Assembly (NCBI GenBank): GCA_046759445.1
Contig: JBHICG010000064.1
Span: forward strand, 1-19,967
Reading direction: 5' to 3'
Length of the DNA: 19,967 nt
From: Candidatus Scalinduaceae bacterium
GTDB taxonomy: Bacteria > Planctomycetota > Brocadiia > Brocadiales > Scalinduaceae
Shown here: positions 9,115 to 19,967 of the stretch, piece by piece
Position numbering within the stretch: the stretch's first letter is position 1
Layout of the letters: each line of letters begins with the position of its first letter
The notes under the pieces: generated by a model
What the model was told of the DNA's origin: nothing
The model's input: only the letters and a program-made list of their open reading frames with translations
Databases searched by the model: none
Made by a program: the position numbers and the translations under genes

Positions 9115-9204
9115 ACGTTATTTTAATCCCAAAATATTTGTGTTTACTGTCTTAGTCACACCTTTTATTATTTTGAATTAGGCTGTCTTCTGTAACCGCT
9201 TTTA

Positions 9205-9337
9205 AAACTCCCCTCTAAAAAGAGGGGTTTGGGGGTGTGTTAAAGGCATACTTACACACCCCTTTATCCCCCCACTTCTTGCTTTCGCAAGAAAGCAGTG
9301 GGGGGAAACTATGTGTGTGATTGAAATTCCTAGACAT
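9205..9337. repeat. Multi-hairpin palindromic mini-element in the atpD-atpC spacer
   Basis: Stems cccctct/agagggg (9210-9227), ggggtgtgt/acacacccc (9232-9262) and ccccccact-tcttgc-tttc-gcaaga-aagc-agtgggggg (9268-9305); ends in attgaaattcctagacat. Confidence 0.75.
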
Positions 9338-9341
9338 TTAC

Positions 9342-10775
<1,434 letters not shown>

Positions 10776-10839
10776 CTATCATAAAAATATACTTTATCAT
10801 ATAAAATCAATTCTTCAATCAATGAATAAATCTAAATAT

Positions 10840-10918
10840 ATGTCTAGGAATTTCAATGTATTTTGGTAGGAGCCCCCTTTGCTAGCATGCGCTAGCAAGC
10901 TGAGGGGGGGCTCCTACC
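10840..10918. repeat. GTAG-type REP-like long hairpin in the atpG-atpD spacer
   Basis: ggtaggagccccc (10865-10877) / gggggctcctacc (10906-10918), with inner ttgctagc-atgc-gctagcaa; preceded by atgtctaggaatttcaat. Confidence 0.75.
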
Positions 10919-11005
10919 GTGTAAAATTATATTAAAGCTGCCGAAGGCTTAACTTGAATCATTAAAACCTATCTGGTGCTAACCAGTCCCAGTTAGTACT
11001 TTAAT

Positions 11006-11902
11006 TTATTTCGCTAATGCTTCAGAACCGGAAACGACTTCAAGCAGCTCCTTGGTAATGGCCTCCTGCCTGGCCCTGTTATATGTTTGCGTAAGCTCAC
11101 CTATTATTTCTTCGGCATTTTCTGACGCTGCAATCATCGCAACTCTTCGTGCCGCGAATTCAGCCGTTAATGACTCAAAAATTGCCTGACGCAATTGAGC
11201 TTCTATATACCTGGGTAGAAGATTTGTAAATATCTCCTCAGATGAGGGTTCCAAAATGTAATATCCCAAAAGTTTTTTTTCTTCAGATTTTTCGGAAGTA
11301 TTATCACCACTCGTAATCGGTAATAGTCTTAATTCAGAAGGTATAGATTTCATTACAGTCTTGAATTTTGTAAAGAATAAATATATTTCATCAAAAACAT
11401 TTTCTTCAAAATCTTTTACCAATTTGCCAGCTATTTCTACTATCTTATTATCCTCAATTTGTAATGACGAAAGGCTCAATTGTTCTACAGTTTCGGTATA
11501 ATACTTCTCAATTTTGTATGGCCTTCTCTGGAAGAACAAAAACCCTTTCCTCCCTAACAAGTGGAGTTTAATTTCCTTTTGTGAATTTTCCCTGATAAAT
11601 TTAAGTGTATGCTGTATAACGTTAGTATTATAAGCTCCGCACAACCCCTTGTCAGAAGTAATCAGAATAACCATAATCTTTTTTACTTCTTCTTTTGGAC
11701 TAAAGAAATGGGCTTTTTCCGGAATTGATTCTGTTATATGACTCAAGACGTCAGTGATATTCTGGGTATAAGGCCGTGCAGCCAGGGCTCTAGCTTCGGC
11801 TTTTCTAAGCCTGTTAGCAGCAACCATCTCCATTGCTCGTGTGATTTGCTGAATGTTTTTGATGCTCTTGATTCTTCTTTTTATGTCTCTTATACTGTCC
11901 AT
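11006..11902 (-). CDS. atpG: ATP synthase F1 gamma subunit
   Basis: IKRRIKSIKNIQQITRAMEMVAA, ITSDKGLCGAYN, YNRARQEAITKELLEVVSG. Confidence 0.97.
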   Translation of the reverse strand: MDSIRDIKRRIKSIKNIQQITRAMEMVAANRLRKAEARALAARPYTQNITDVLSHITESIPEKAHFFSPKEEVKKIMVILITSDKGLCGAYNTNVIQHTLKFIRENSQKEIKLHLLGRKGFLFFQRRPYKIEKYYTETVEQLSLSSLQIEDNKIVEIAGKLVKDFEENVFDEIYLFFTKFKTVMKSIPSELRLLPITSGDNTSEKSEEKKLLGYYILEPSSEEIFTNLLPRYIEAQLRQAIFESLTAEFAARRVAMIAASENAEEIIGELTQTYNRARQEAITKELLEVVSGSEALAK

Positions 11903-11991
11903 AATATCTTAGCTATTTTCCTTTATACTCCAGTTTTACAGTACATAAATAAGCAACTAGCTGCCTGCACGACAGCAGGCGGGTAAGAAGC

Positions 11992-13497
11992 TTATTTATA
12001 TTCTTGTTTAAACACTGTAATTGCCCTTTCCAGGTTCTTGGATGTATCTTCCTCGATTTTCTTTTTCTCTTTTATATCCGCGGCTATTCCTGTATGTTTA
12101 TCTCTAATAAATTGCAGGAATTTACCTTCAAAGTCTTTTACTTTATCGGTTGGTATATCGTCAAGGTGGCCATTAACGGCAGTGGATATTATAATAACCT
12201 GCTCTTCTACAGGCGCCGGTTCGTATTGCGGCTGTTTTAAGATTTCTATTAATTTTTCACCTCTGGTCAACTGTTCCTGAGTTGATTTGTCCAACTCTGA
12301 ACCAAACTGTGCAAATGCCGCTAGCTCTCTGTGCTGTGCCAGATCGAGTCGCAATGCTCCGGCAACCTTCTTCATTGCGGGAATCTGTGCATTTCCTCCT
12401 ACCCTTGATACTGACAGTCCAACAGATATTGCAGGACGAACCCCTGAATTAAACAAATCACCCTCAAGGTAAATTTGTCCATCCGTAATAGATATGACAT
12501 TTGTAGGGATATAAGCCGCATAATCTCCCGCCTGAGTCTCCACTACAGGAAGTGCTGTTAATGACCCGCCTCCAAGTTCATCATTTAATTTAGCTGCCCT
12601 CTCCAGCAAGCGGGAGTGGAGATTAAAGATGTCTCCCGGGAACGCCTCTCTGCCCGGAGGCCGCCTGAGCAGCAATGATACCTGCCTGTACGCAACGGCA
12701 TGTTTATAAAGGTCGTCATACATTATCACTGCATGTTTTCCTTTATCCCTGAAATATTCTCCCATTGCACAGCCTGCATAGGGGGCGATATATTGCATGG
12801 GTGCAGGGTCGCTGGCAGCGGCAACAACTACTATTGAATTCTCCATCACCCCATTGTCTTCCAGTGTCTTAATCACACCAGCCACCGTAGAAAGCTTCTG
12901 GCCAATTGCCACATAAATGCTTATAACTCTCGTATCCTTCTGGTTCAGGATTGTATCCACCAATATTGCCGTTTTACCTGTCTGCCTGTCACCTATTATC
13001 AATTCTCTCTGTCCCCGGCCTATTGGTATCATAGCATCAATAGCCTTTATCCCGGTCTGTAATGGCTCCTTTACGGGTTGTCTTTCAACTACATTTGGTG
13101 CGGTTCCTTCTATCGGTAAAGTTTTTTCTGTAGCAATCAGCCCTTTACCATCCACCGGCTGACCGAGTGCATTCACTACTCTCCCAAGCAATGCTTCGCC
13201 TACGGGAACTTCTACAATTTTTCCTGTTGTTTTAACAGTATCGCCTTCTTTTATATCCGAGTCCGGTCCCAGCAAAACACACCCGACATTGTCTTCCTCC
13301 AGGTTGAGGGCTATCCCGTATATACCGCCCGGGAATTCTATCAATTCGTTTGACATGCAGTCGTCCAAACCGTAGATTCTGGCAACACCGTCTCCCACCT
13401 GGAGAACCGTGCCGACACACTCCATCTTTAATTTGTCTTCATACTTCTCAATTTCTTGCTTTATTATCGAAGCAACTTCATCCGGTCTTACAGTCAT
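11992..13497 (-). CDS. atpA: ATP synthase F1 alpha subunit
   Basis: [39 protein letters not shown]. Confidence 0.98.
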   Translation of the reverse strand: MTVRPDEVASIIKQEIEKYEDKLKMECVGTVLQVGDGVARIYGLDDCMSNELIEFPGGIYGIALNLEEDNVGCVLLGPDSDIKEGDTVKTTGKIVEVPVGEALLGRVVNALGQPVDGKGLIATEKTLPIEGTAPNVVERQPVKEPLQTGIKAIDAMIPIGRGQRELIIGDRQTGKTAILVDTILNQKDTRVISIYVAIGQKLSTVAGVIKTLEDNGVMENSIVVVAAASDPAPMQYIAPYAGCAMGEYFRDKGKHAVIMYDDLYKHAVAYRQVSLLLRRPPGREAFPGDIFNLHSRLLERAAKLNDELGGGSLTALPVVETQAGDYAAYIPTNVISITDGQIYLEGDLFNSGVRPAISVGLSVSRVGGNAQIPAMKKVAGALRLDLAQHRELAAFAQFGSELDKSTQEQLTRGEKLIEILKQPQYEPAPVEEQVIIISTAVNGHLDDIPTDKVKDFEGKFLQFIRDKHTGIAADIKEKKKIEEDTSKNLERAITVFKQEYK

Positions 13498-13531
13498 ACC
13501 TGATATACCCCCACAAAAATGAAAAACGCCC

Positions 13532-14083
13532 TTAAACCAGGGTAGTTTTCAATAAATTCTTTTTAAGATTTTTTAAGTGATTAATTACGCTTCCATCAAC
13601 TATTTTATTTTCAATCCTGATTACCATCCCACCAATTATTTCATTATTCACTTCCGTTTCTAACTCCATCTTTTTCTTCGTCAGCTTTTCGAGATTTTCT
13701 TTTAATTTGACAAGCCTGGTTTCGGTTAACGGAAATACCGTTTGAACTTTTACGGATACCACACCCCTTATTCGCCCTGCCACGCCTTTGAATACATCAG
13801 GCAGATAATCCAGCATCCTCTCTCTTCTCTTCTCTACCAGGATGTAGAGAAGGTTTTTAACCCACTTGCTGGAACACTGAGGAGCAATGATTTTGTCAAT
13901 TATGTCTTTTTTTTCGGTTTTTATAATTGATGGATGATATAGAATATCGCGGAATTTCTTGTGTGCTATTAATAGATTTTTAATACAGTCCAGATCCTTT
14001 TCTATTTCACCGACAGATCCCTTTTCATCAGCCACTTCAAACAACGCATGTGCATAACCTGTTGCTAAGCTCTCTTCTATCAA
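13532..14083 (-). CDS. atpH: ATP synthase F1 delta subunit
   Basis: YAHALFEVA and [17 protein letters not shown]; the TTG start overlaps the atpF stop (TTGA). Confidence 0.93.
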   Translation of the reverse strand: MIEESLATGYAHALFEVADEKGSVGEIEKDLDCIKNLLIAHKKFRDILYHPSIIKTEKKDIIDKIIAPQCSSKWVKNLLYILVEKRRERMLDYLPDVFKGVAGRIRGVVSVKVQTVFPLTETRLVKLKENLEKLTKKKMELETEVNNEIIGGMVIRIENKIVDGSVINHLKNLKKNLLKTTLV

Positions 14084-14580
14084 GACAGTTTCCCCACTCC
14101 CTTAATAACATCGTCCACTAATTTTTCCGCCGTTTCACGGTGCATAGTTTGTTGAATTAACCTGGAAGATGAAAGAATCGTAAGATCAATAACCTGGTTC
14201 CTCATCTCTGCCAAAGCCCTCTTTCTTTCTATATCTATACCTAGTTGAGCCTTGGTCCTGTCATCTGCTGCGGTTTGATGACCCTCTTTAACTATTTTAT
14301 CACTGAGTTCCTTTGCCTTTATAACTGCGGCCTGAATCTTTCCTTCGGCTTCTTCTTCAGCTTGTATGACTTTTCTCTGGTACTCTCCTTTCAGCCTTTC
14401 AGCATCTTCCCTTAACTTCTCCGCTTGATCAATATCACCTTTTATCTTCTCTTGTCTGGCATCCAGTATTTCAGTTATTGCCGGAAGGGCATACTTGTAA
14501 AGAATCACCATCAATATAAGAAAAGAGATTATTGACCAGAAGGTTAAAGGAGCCAGAAAGTGTAGATCAAATTGAGGCAT
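14080..14580 (-). CDS. atpF: ATP synthase Fo b subunit
   Basis: N-terminal TM helix (FWSIISFLILMVILYKYALP), LDARQEKI, long charged coiled coil; lies between atpE and atpH. Confidence 0.93.
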   Translation of the reverse strand: MPQFDLHFLAPLTFWSIISFLILMVILYKYALPAITEILDARQEKIKGDIDQAEKLREDAERLKGEYQRKVIQAEEEAEGKIQAAVIKAKELSDKIVKEGHQTAADDRTKAQLGIDIERKRALAEMRNQVIDLTILSSSRLIQQTMHRETAEKLVDDVIKGVGKLS

Positions 14581-14668
14581 TTTTCTCTCCTTTTATATAT
14601 ATAGACATTGGAGAAAGGAGTTTAACAATCTTAAATCACACAAAGATTTTCAAAGTGTGAACTAAACG

Positions 14669-14908
14669 TTACCCTTCCCCTCCCTTCATACCCATAATGA
14701 TAAAGGCTATAACGAGGCCATAGAGTGCAATTGCTTCAACAAGAGCAAAACCTATCCACATATACTTTCCTACTTTTGCCTCTGCCTCGGGCTGGCGAGC
14801 TACAGATTCTATCATTTTCCCAAAGATGTATCCTATACCTATACCTGAACCTGCAAAACCCACAGCCGCCATACCCATTCCAATTAATGCGGCCGCTGAA
14901 CTGTCCAT
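14669..14908 (-). CDS. atpE: ATP synthase Fo c subunit (H+-type)
   Basis: GxGxGxG, RQPE loop, essential Glu in LVEAIALY; lacks the Gln and E-S/T signature of Na+ c-rings; strong SD AAGGAGGT. Confidence 0.96.
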   Translation of the reverse strand: MDSSAAALIGMGMAAVGFAGSGIGIGYIFGKMIESVARQPEAEAKVGKYMWIGFALVEAIALYGLVIAFIIMGMKGGEG

Positions 14909-14956
14909 AAGCTACCTCCTTATCTAATAAAGTATTAATCGATTCATATATAAACT

Positions 14957-15685
14957 TCAATGCATCTCAATAGCTTCACCTATATATACACAGGTTAGTA
15001 TAGTAAATATATAAGCCTGAATAAAAGCTATAAATATCTCTAATCCGGTTAATGCTACAGTGAAAAAAAATGGTAAAAAACCTATATACTTGAGTCCAAT
15101 GGCTAGTGAAAAAAGTACAATAAGTATCGTATGACCTGCTGTCATATTAGCAAACAACCTGACGGATAAGGAGAGTGGTCTTGCCATCATACTTACTATT
15201 TCGATGGGTACTATTAAGGGTATAATAAATTTCGGCACTCCTGAAGGTACAAATATCTTGAGGTATCCGACCCCGTGCATTATAAAACCTACAATTTGAC
15301 TTATAATAAAAACACTTATTGCAAAAAATCCAGTAACAATAATCTGGCTGGTGACTGTATAAGAACCAGGAATCACCCCAAGAAGATTGCAAAATAGGAT
15401 AAAGAAAAATAACGTAGCAATAAAAGGAAAGAACTTAAGACCTTTTTTGCCCATATTATCCACTGCCAAATTCCTCAAAAATTCAATGCTTATTTCTACC
15501 AGGCTCTGTAATCTGGTGGGTATAACCCTTCTCCCCCTAGCTGCTAACACAAAGATGGCGGGAATCAGGATACATACGATCCACATCATTATTACAGCCT
15601 TATTTACAGAGATATCTATACCAAGGAGCTTGATTTCTATAAGAGGATGAAGTTCAAAGTGTTCTAAAGGATTGTGTTGTTTCAA
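14957..15685 (-). CDS. atpB: ATP synthase Fo a subunit
   Basis: RPLSLSVRLFANMTAGH and IQAYIFTIL motifs; TTG start with GGAG SD. Confidence 0.96.
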   Translation of the reverse strand: MKQHNPLEHFELHPLIEIKLLGIDISVNKAVIMMWIVCILIPAIFVLAARGRRVIPTRLQSLVEISIEFLRNLAVDNMGKKGLKFFPFIATLFFFILFCNLLGVIPGSYTVTSQIIVTGFFAISVFIISQIVGFIMHGVGYLKIFVPSGVPKFIIPLIVPIEIVSMMARPLSLSVRLFANMTAGHTILIVLFSLAIGLKYIGFLPFFFTVALTGLEIFIAFIQAYIFTILTCVYIGEAIEMH

Positions 15686-15741
15686 TATTAGACTCCATTA
15701 AAAAGACTAACGTCTCAAAAATTCTATAACTTATTTTAATG

Positions 15742-15845
15742 AGGAATTTCAAAATCATGTTTTTTGCCAGCCCGACATTCAATTCTGGCGGGCAAGTTGC
15801 CTGAGGACAACCCTGTGGGCAGCTCACAGATCCGACAGTCGGGAT
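15742..15845. repeat. GC-rich cluster of short hairpins in the atpZ-atpB spacer
   Basis: gccag/ctggc, gttg..ggacaac, ctgtgggc/gctcacag and ccgac-a-gtcgg stems; begins with aggaatttcaa, shared with the atpD-flanking repeats. Confidence 0.55.
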
Positions 15846-15857
15846 GCGCTTAACTCG

Positions 15858-16076
15858 TTATTTCTTTTCCTCTTCCTTAACATACCTATAAACATTTAAC
15901 AGTCCGGCTGTAAAGCCAATAAAAAGCCCCAGTAAAATCAACCAGGGCTTTGTATGGAAATATTTGTCTAATAAATAGCCAGTAAATGTTCCTAGAAATA
16001 TGGCAACGATCAATCCAGTGCTTATTCTAACAGCAAATCGAATCCCACTTTTAAAATTATCTGAACTCCCTACCAT
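15858..16076 (-). CDS. atpZ: AtpZ/AtpI-family (ATPase gene 1) small membrane protein
   Basis: Two TM helices with the GYLLDKYFHTKPW..LGL..G..AG pattern; first gene of the atp operon. Confidence 0.88.
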   Translation of the reverse strand: MVGSSDNFKSGIRFAVRISTGLIVAIFLGTFTGYLLDKYFHTKPWLILLGLFIGFTAGLLNVYRYVKEEEKK

Positions 16077-16137
16077 ATATTAAGCATCTAAGGACGATAT
16101 TTCCAAGTTATTTTTATTTAAAATATATAAACATTTT

Positions 16138-16165
16138 ATTCTAGTAAAATTAAGACAAAAAGCAA
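16138..16165 (-). promoter_or_regulatory. Putative sigma70 promoter of the atp operon
   Basis: Minus strand TTGCTT-16 bp-TAGAAT, about 60 bp upstream of atpZ. Confidence 0.35.
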
Positions 16166-16512
16166 GACGAAAATAGATGAAAAAGTGTGGAAAAGAAAGA
16201 TAATTTTTATAAATATAAATTTAACTCTAAATGATTGTTTGCTTATATGTGACAACTCGATAATATAGAACAACTCGGAGGAGATGATCAGAAAGACATT
16301 GACAAATGCCGATTCAAAACGACTTGCAGAAAAGTCTATAGAGGATGTTATTAAAACTATGAGATAATATCTTTTCCCTGCATATTATAAAGAGGAAAAA
16401 CAATGTTACAAATTGATTCTATTTCTTTATAAACCTTTTAATATCAGGGTAACATCTGTAGATTTGCCTTCTTCGTAGCTATAAAAACCTTAACCATTTA
16501 TGTAAAATCTAC

Positions 16513-16541
16513 TTGACAAATATATGTTTTTAAATTATTAT
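16513..16541 (+). promoter_or_regulatory. Putative sigma70 promoter for the small membrane protein
   Basis: TTGACA (16513-16518)-17 bp-TATTAT (16536-16541). Confidence 0.6.
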
Positions 16542-16596
16542 CTGTTTTATGCTTGTAATTAAAATTATTCAGAGATACATCGATAAAGGGAAATTT

Positions 16597-17037
16597 ATGA
16601 ATTTATATCAGTTAAAAACAAGCTTAATGGGTAAAAGGGAAAACTTTATAGAGATAATAAGAGAAAAAAAGAAGAATGCATTAGAAGCTTTTATCAAAGT
16701 AATGTGGAAACTCGCCATAATCAAATTTGTGGCAGTGATGGTTGCGTTTATAGTAATGATGGTTTTGTTCTTCACACATTTAAGCGCATTCGAACCAATA
16801 ACCTTGCAATTCTCGAAATGGGTTTCTTCTTCATTTATAGGATTTTTTATATTTATTATGACTATAAAATTTGTAGCGGTTTCAATAGGCTTAACCGCAA
16901 CAATATTAACAGTGAAAAATACAACTTTTAAAGATGTTCGATTAAGGTTTAAAGAAGCGTGTAAGCTACGATTACGAGTATTTTTAAGGAGAAAAACGCA
17001 ACTTCAAGTAAATTATGGAATACATGTACGCCATTAA
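16597..17037 (+). CDS. Hypothetical membrane protein (two hydrophobic segments, basic termini)
   Basis: ORF 16549-17037; ATG 16597 preferred because AAAGGG lies upstream and the promoter ends at 16541. Hydrophobic runs LAIIKFVAVMVAFIVMMVLFF and FIGFFIFIMTIKFVAVSIGLTATIL. Confidence 0.6.
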   Translation: MNLYQLKTSLMGKRENFIEIIREKKKNALEAFIKVMWKLAIIKFVAVMVAFIVMMVLFFTHLSAFEPITLQFSKWVSSSFIGFFIFIMTIKFVAVSIGLTATILTVKNTTFKDVRLRFKEACKLRLRVFLRRKTQLQVNYGIHVRH

Positions 17038-17075
17038 AAAAATGTCAAATTTCTTTTATCGTTTACTATAATTCT

Positions 17076-18368
17076 TTAAATCCTTAAAATCTTCATAACT
17101 TCGCAACTGGCTTCTATTGTCGAATTTATATCCTCTTCACTATGAGCGGTTGAAATAAAAGCCGCCTCAAACTGTGAAGGAGCAAAATAAAATCCTCTTT
17201 CCAACATCCCATGGAAGTAAGATGCGTATTGTTTCGTATTACTACTCTTAGCAGACTCATAATCAGTTACTTCTGCCTCATTAAAAAATGTGCAAAGCAT
17301 CGAACCAACACGGGTGTGATATGTAGGTATTCGTGCATCACTGGCAGCTCTCTTTAAGCCTTCAGACAGTCTTTTAGATCTTCTTTCCAGTTTCTTATAA
17401 ATACCCCTCTTTTTTAACTTCTCTAACGTCGCAATACCGGAAGCCATTGCTAATGGATTACCAGACAATGTTCCTGCCTGATATACCGGGCCGGTTGGTG
17501 ACACACATTCCATTATTTCTGCCTTACCACCATATGCACCGACAGGCAAACCTCCACCTATTATCTTACCAAGTGTAGTTAAATCAGGAGTTACCTTATA
17601 TAGCTCTTGTACACCACCGTGAGAAACCCTGAATCCCGTCATTACCTCATCAAATATCAAAACAATGCCATATTTATCAGCTATTTCCCTTAAACCTTTT
17701 AAATATCCTTTTTTTGGAGGCACCACGCCCATATTTCCTGCAACAGGCTCTATTATAATGCAGGCAATCTTTTCACCTTGATTACGACAAACTTCCTTAA
17801 CGACATCAAGGTTGTTAAAGGGTATGGTTATAGTATTTCTTATGTAATCTTGTGGGACACCAGGGCTTGTCGGAACACCCAACGTCGTAGCTCCTGAACC
17901 AGCCTGAACAAGGAGACCATCTACGTGCCCATGATAACAGCCGTCAAACTTTATAACGATGTCTCTCTTGGTATAACCTCTTGCCATCCGAATAGCGCTC
18001 ATGGTAGCTTCAGTACCCGAATTAACCATTCGAACCTTTTCAATTGATGGCATGGCTTCCCGTATGAGTTGAGCCAGTTGTATTTCTAGTTCAGTCGGAG
18101 CTCCAAAGCTTGTACCTTTCTTCAAAACATCTTTCACGCACTTTATAACAGATTTATCAAGGTGCCCCAAAATTAAGGGACCCCAGGAACATACATAATC
18201 AACATATCTATTACCATCAATATCATTGATATAACAACCATGACCTGATTCTATAAATAGAGGATTACCACCTACAGCTCCAAACGCCCTTACTGGACTA
18301 TTCACACCACCCGGAATACTCTCAAGCGCTTGTTTAAACGCTTCTTTTGACTTATCGACAATCAACAT
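17076..18368 (-). CDS. hemL: Glutamate-1-semialdehyde 2,1-aminomutase
   Basis: [65 protein letters not shown]. Confidence 0.97.
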   Translation of the reverse strand: MLIVDKSKEAFKQALESIPGGVNSPVRAFGAVGGNPLFIESGHGCYINDIDGNRYVDYVCSWGPLILGHLDKSVIKCVKDVLKKGTSFGAPTELEIQLAQLIREAMPSIEKVRMVNSGTEATMSAIRMARGYTKRDIVIKFDGCYHGHVDGLLVQAGSGATTLGVPTSPGVPQDYIRNTITIPFNNLDVVKEVCRNQGEKIACIIIEPVAGNMGVVPPKKGYLKGLREIADKYGIVLIFDEVMTGFRVSHGGVQELYKVTPDLTTLGKIIGGGLPVGAYGGKAEIMECVSPTGPVYQAGTLSGNPLAMASGIATLEKLKKRGIYKKLERRSKRLSEGLKRAASDARIPTYHTRVGSMLCTFFNEAEVTDYESAKSSNTKQYASYFHGMLERGFYFAPSQFEAAFISTAHSEEDINSTIEASCEVMKILRI

Positions 18369-18777
18369 ATTATTAAGGATTGGACTTTATTACAGCACAA
18401 AAGCAGAGATTGAGTCTCTGAAAAACAGATACTAATAAAAGTTTCATAATTATCAAGAAACCTTTCTATTGTCAATAAAAAACTAATTTGGACTCACAAA
18501 TGACTTTTTTTTTCTTTGCTATGCTACATATTTTCAAGATTGAAGTAAAATGGCATGTTCAGAAACCATCCACATACAAAATAACAAATTTCTCGACAAA
18601 ACTTAAACATCTGCGGCAAGATACAGGATATCCACAGACAACTGCTCAATACCAGGGATGCTCATACAAAAGAAACTTTCCTTAATTTAATTATATGCCT
18701 TCGCTAGAAGATGAATGATGTCTGCCATGTAACAAAAAGCACTATGGCAGGAATATAAGGGTGGTATATAAATTAGA

Positions 18778-18816
18778 TTCCCCCCGCTGCTTTCTTGCTG
18801 AAAGCAAGATGCGGGG
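18778..18816. repeat. Second, inverted copy of the bulged hairpin at 9270-9307
   Basis: ttccccccgctgctttcttgctgaaagcaagatgcgggg versus the reverse complement of 9270-9307: 3 substitutions and 1 indel. Confidence 0.8.
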
Positions 18817-18939
18817 CTAGGAATGGGGGATTTGTCACTTTTCGTGCAAGATTCAGGTATAAACTTAATAAGATTTTTGAATTGGGCTTTATCCATAATT
18901 ACTTTATAAATTTCTAATGGATGCTATAATGCTATGTAC

Positions 18940-19059
18940 TACTGGGAGCATAAAATAGTTTACATGTCATCTCTGAACGAAATGAAGAATCTATCGTGTC
19001 TTTAGATCCTTCGCTATGCTCAGGATAACACCACTGTAAACTATTTTATGCTCCCAGTA
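18940..19059. mobile_element. 120-bp MITE-like element: perfect 25-bp TIRs around a TGTCAT..AGAATCT / AGATCCTTCG..CAGGATAACA palindromic core
   Basis: tactgggagcataaaatagtttaca (18940-18964) is the exact reverse complement of 19035-19059; both ends are TA. Confidence 0.75.
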
Positions 19060-19130
19060 ATAATTTTAATAACTATTAAAAAATATACAAATAGTTTTTC
19101 TTATTTAATTTAAAAAAATCTATATATAAT

Positions 19131-19289
19131 CTAAATTGAGCGATTTTTGTAGCCGCAACCTTCAGGTTGCGTAACTTACGTGAAATTGTCATAAACTCAT
19201 CAGATGATAGGAAAAACGCAGGCGGTCAATCTTAAGATTGCCTTAAACCTGCGGCTACATTGACATACATATAAAATCGCTCAATTTAG
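19131..19289. mobile_element. MITE-like element: perfect 17-bp TIRs around a GTAG-family REP doublet (REPIN)
   Basis: ctaaattgagcgatttt (19131-19147) / aaaatcgctcaatttag (19273-19289); inner gtagccgcaaccttcaggttgcgt (19149-19172) and acgcagg...cctgcggctac (19216-19258). Confidence 0.75.
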
Positions 19290-19311
19290 GTATAATATAT
19301 TAAGATGTTAA

Positions 19312-19365
19312 GAGACCCTGAAATCGAAGATCCTGAATCGAGTTCAGGACCTGGTTCAGGGTGAT
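19312..19365. repeat. Nested hairpin (REP-like half element)
   Basis: Outer accctgaa (19315-19322) / ttcagggt (19355-19362); inner tcctgaa (19331-19337) / ttcagga (19343-19349). Confidence 0.7.
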
Positions 19366-19435
19366 AATATAGTGTTACCACAACAGATACTAAGTAGCTA
19401 ATTGTACAATAAACAGCGTGAAACCAAGGAAAATT

Positions 19436-19858
19436 ATGCATATACAAAATAATCAACCCTGGTACAAAGATGGATTAAGATTTGAGTGTCAAAGATCTGG
19501 AAGATGCTGCATGGGAGAGCCAGGAGTGGTGCGGGTAAATAAGAGAGAAATTAACTTAATCTCATCATCCTTGAGTATCACGCAGAATTTATTTGCCAAA
19601 CGTTACTTAAGGATTGTTAATGGTCATTATAGTTTGTTGGAATATAAAAACGGAGACTGCATAATGTACGAGAACGGTTGTAAGATTTATGCAGTCAGGC
19701 CCAGTCAATGCAGGACATTTCCATTCTGGAAATCTAATCTAGAAAATCAGGAGGAATGGGAAAAACTAAAGAATATATGCCCTGGAGTTGGTAAAGGGAA
19801 ATTACATACATTAAAAGAAATAAAAAACTACCTTAAACCAGATTTGAGCGATTTATGA
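19436..19858 (+). CDS. YkgJ-family cysteine-cluster (CxxCxxCC-type, putative Zn/Fe-chelating) protein
   Basis: WYKDGLRFECQRSGRCC, DCI...GCKIYAVRPSQCRTFPFW, CPG. ATG 19436 follows AAGGA; the track uses GTG 19418. Confidence 0.85.
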   Translation: MHIQNNQPWYKDGLRFECQRSGRCCMGEPGVVRVNKREINLISSSLSITQNLFAKRYLRIVNGHYSLLEYKNGDCIMYENGCKIYAVRPSQCRTFPFWKSNLENQEEWEKLKNICPGVGKGKLHTLKEIKNYLKPDLSDL

Positions 19859-19967
19859 TTAATCTTGTTCAATATTATTCAAGGCGAGTGGATAACCCAC
19901 AGACTTATTTTAATAATAGGCTTATCCGGTTGACTGCCGTAGATGCAAGATGTAGTATATTGTGTCT

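Noticed and set aside
9311..9327. GTGATTGAAAT resembling a CRISPR repeat 3' end
   Set aside because: No regularly spaced array and no cas genes; it is part of the atpD-flanking inverted repeat.
11963..11980. Small hairpin gcctgc-acgaca-gcaggc between atpA and atpG
   Set aside because: Single 6-bp stem without a U-tract; at most a degenerate REP remnant.
14669..14908. Na+-translocating or N-type ATPase
   Set aside because: The c subunit lacks Na+-ligand residues and the gene order is the canonical F-type with atpH.
18447..18475. TTGACA upstream of hemL (also TTGACA at 6883-6888 upstream of the Rhs gene)
   Set aside because: No acceptable -10 hexamer at 16-18 bp spacing.
18488..18896. ORFs of 65 aa (+) and 69 aa (-) between hemL and the YkgJ gene
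   Set aside because: No motifs; the minus ORF reads through a palindromic repeat and both are likely spurious.
19844..19854. 11-bp match (ttgagcgattt) between the end of the YkgJ gene and the 17-bp TIR; also aacagatactaa at 18424 and 19382
   Set aside because: Too short in AT-rich DNA to distinguish from chance without genome-wide data.

Overview
Bacterial chromosomal window; the gene set and repeat style suggest an anammox/Brocadiales-like organism, but that is inference only. Bases 6742->1 (minus strand) hold a giant ORF of at least 2247 aa that runs off the left edge and is missing from the ORF track. It encodes a Sec-signal Rhs/YD-repeat surface protein: two near-identical adhesin-like domains, PPC and IPT/TIG-like domains, a YD cage, an intact Rhs-core autoprotease motif, a 68-aa variable insert, then a DPNEK domain, Ca-binding DxDxDG repeats, another IPT domain and FG-GAP-like repeats. 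Housekeeping genes follow: rmlB, a complete H+-type F1Fo operon (atpZ/I-B-E-F-H-A-G-D-C, with a short epsilon), a small membrane protein, hemL and a YkgJ-family Cys-cluster protein. The intergenic regions carry several palindromic REP/MITE-like elements, some nested and some wrapped in perfect 17-25 bp terminal inverted repeats. An 18-bp inverted repeat brackets atpD.
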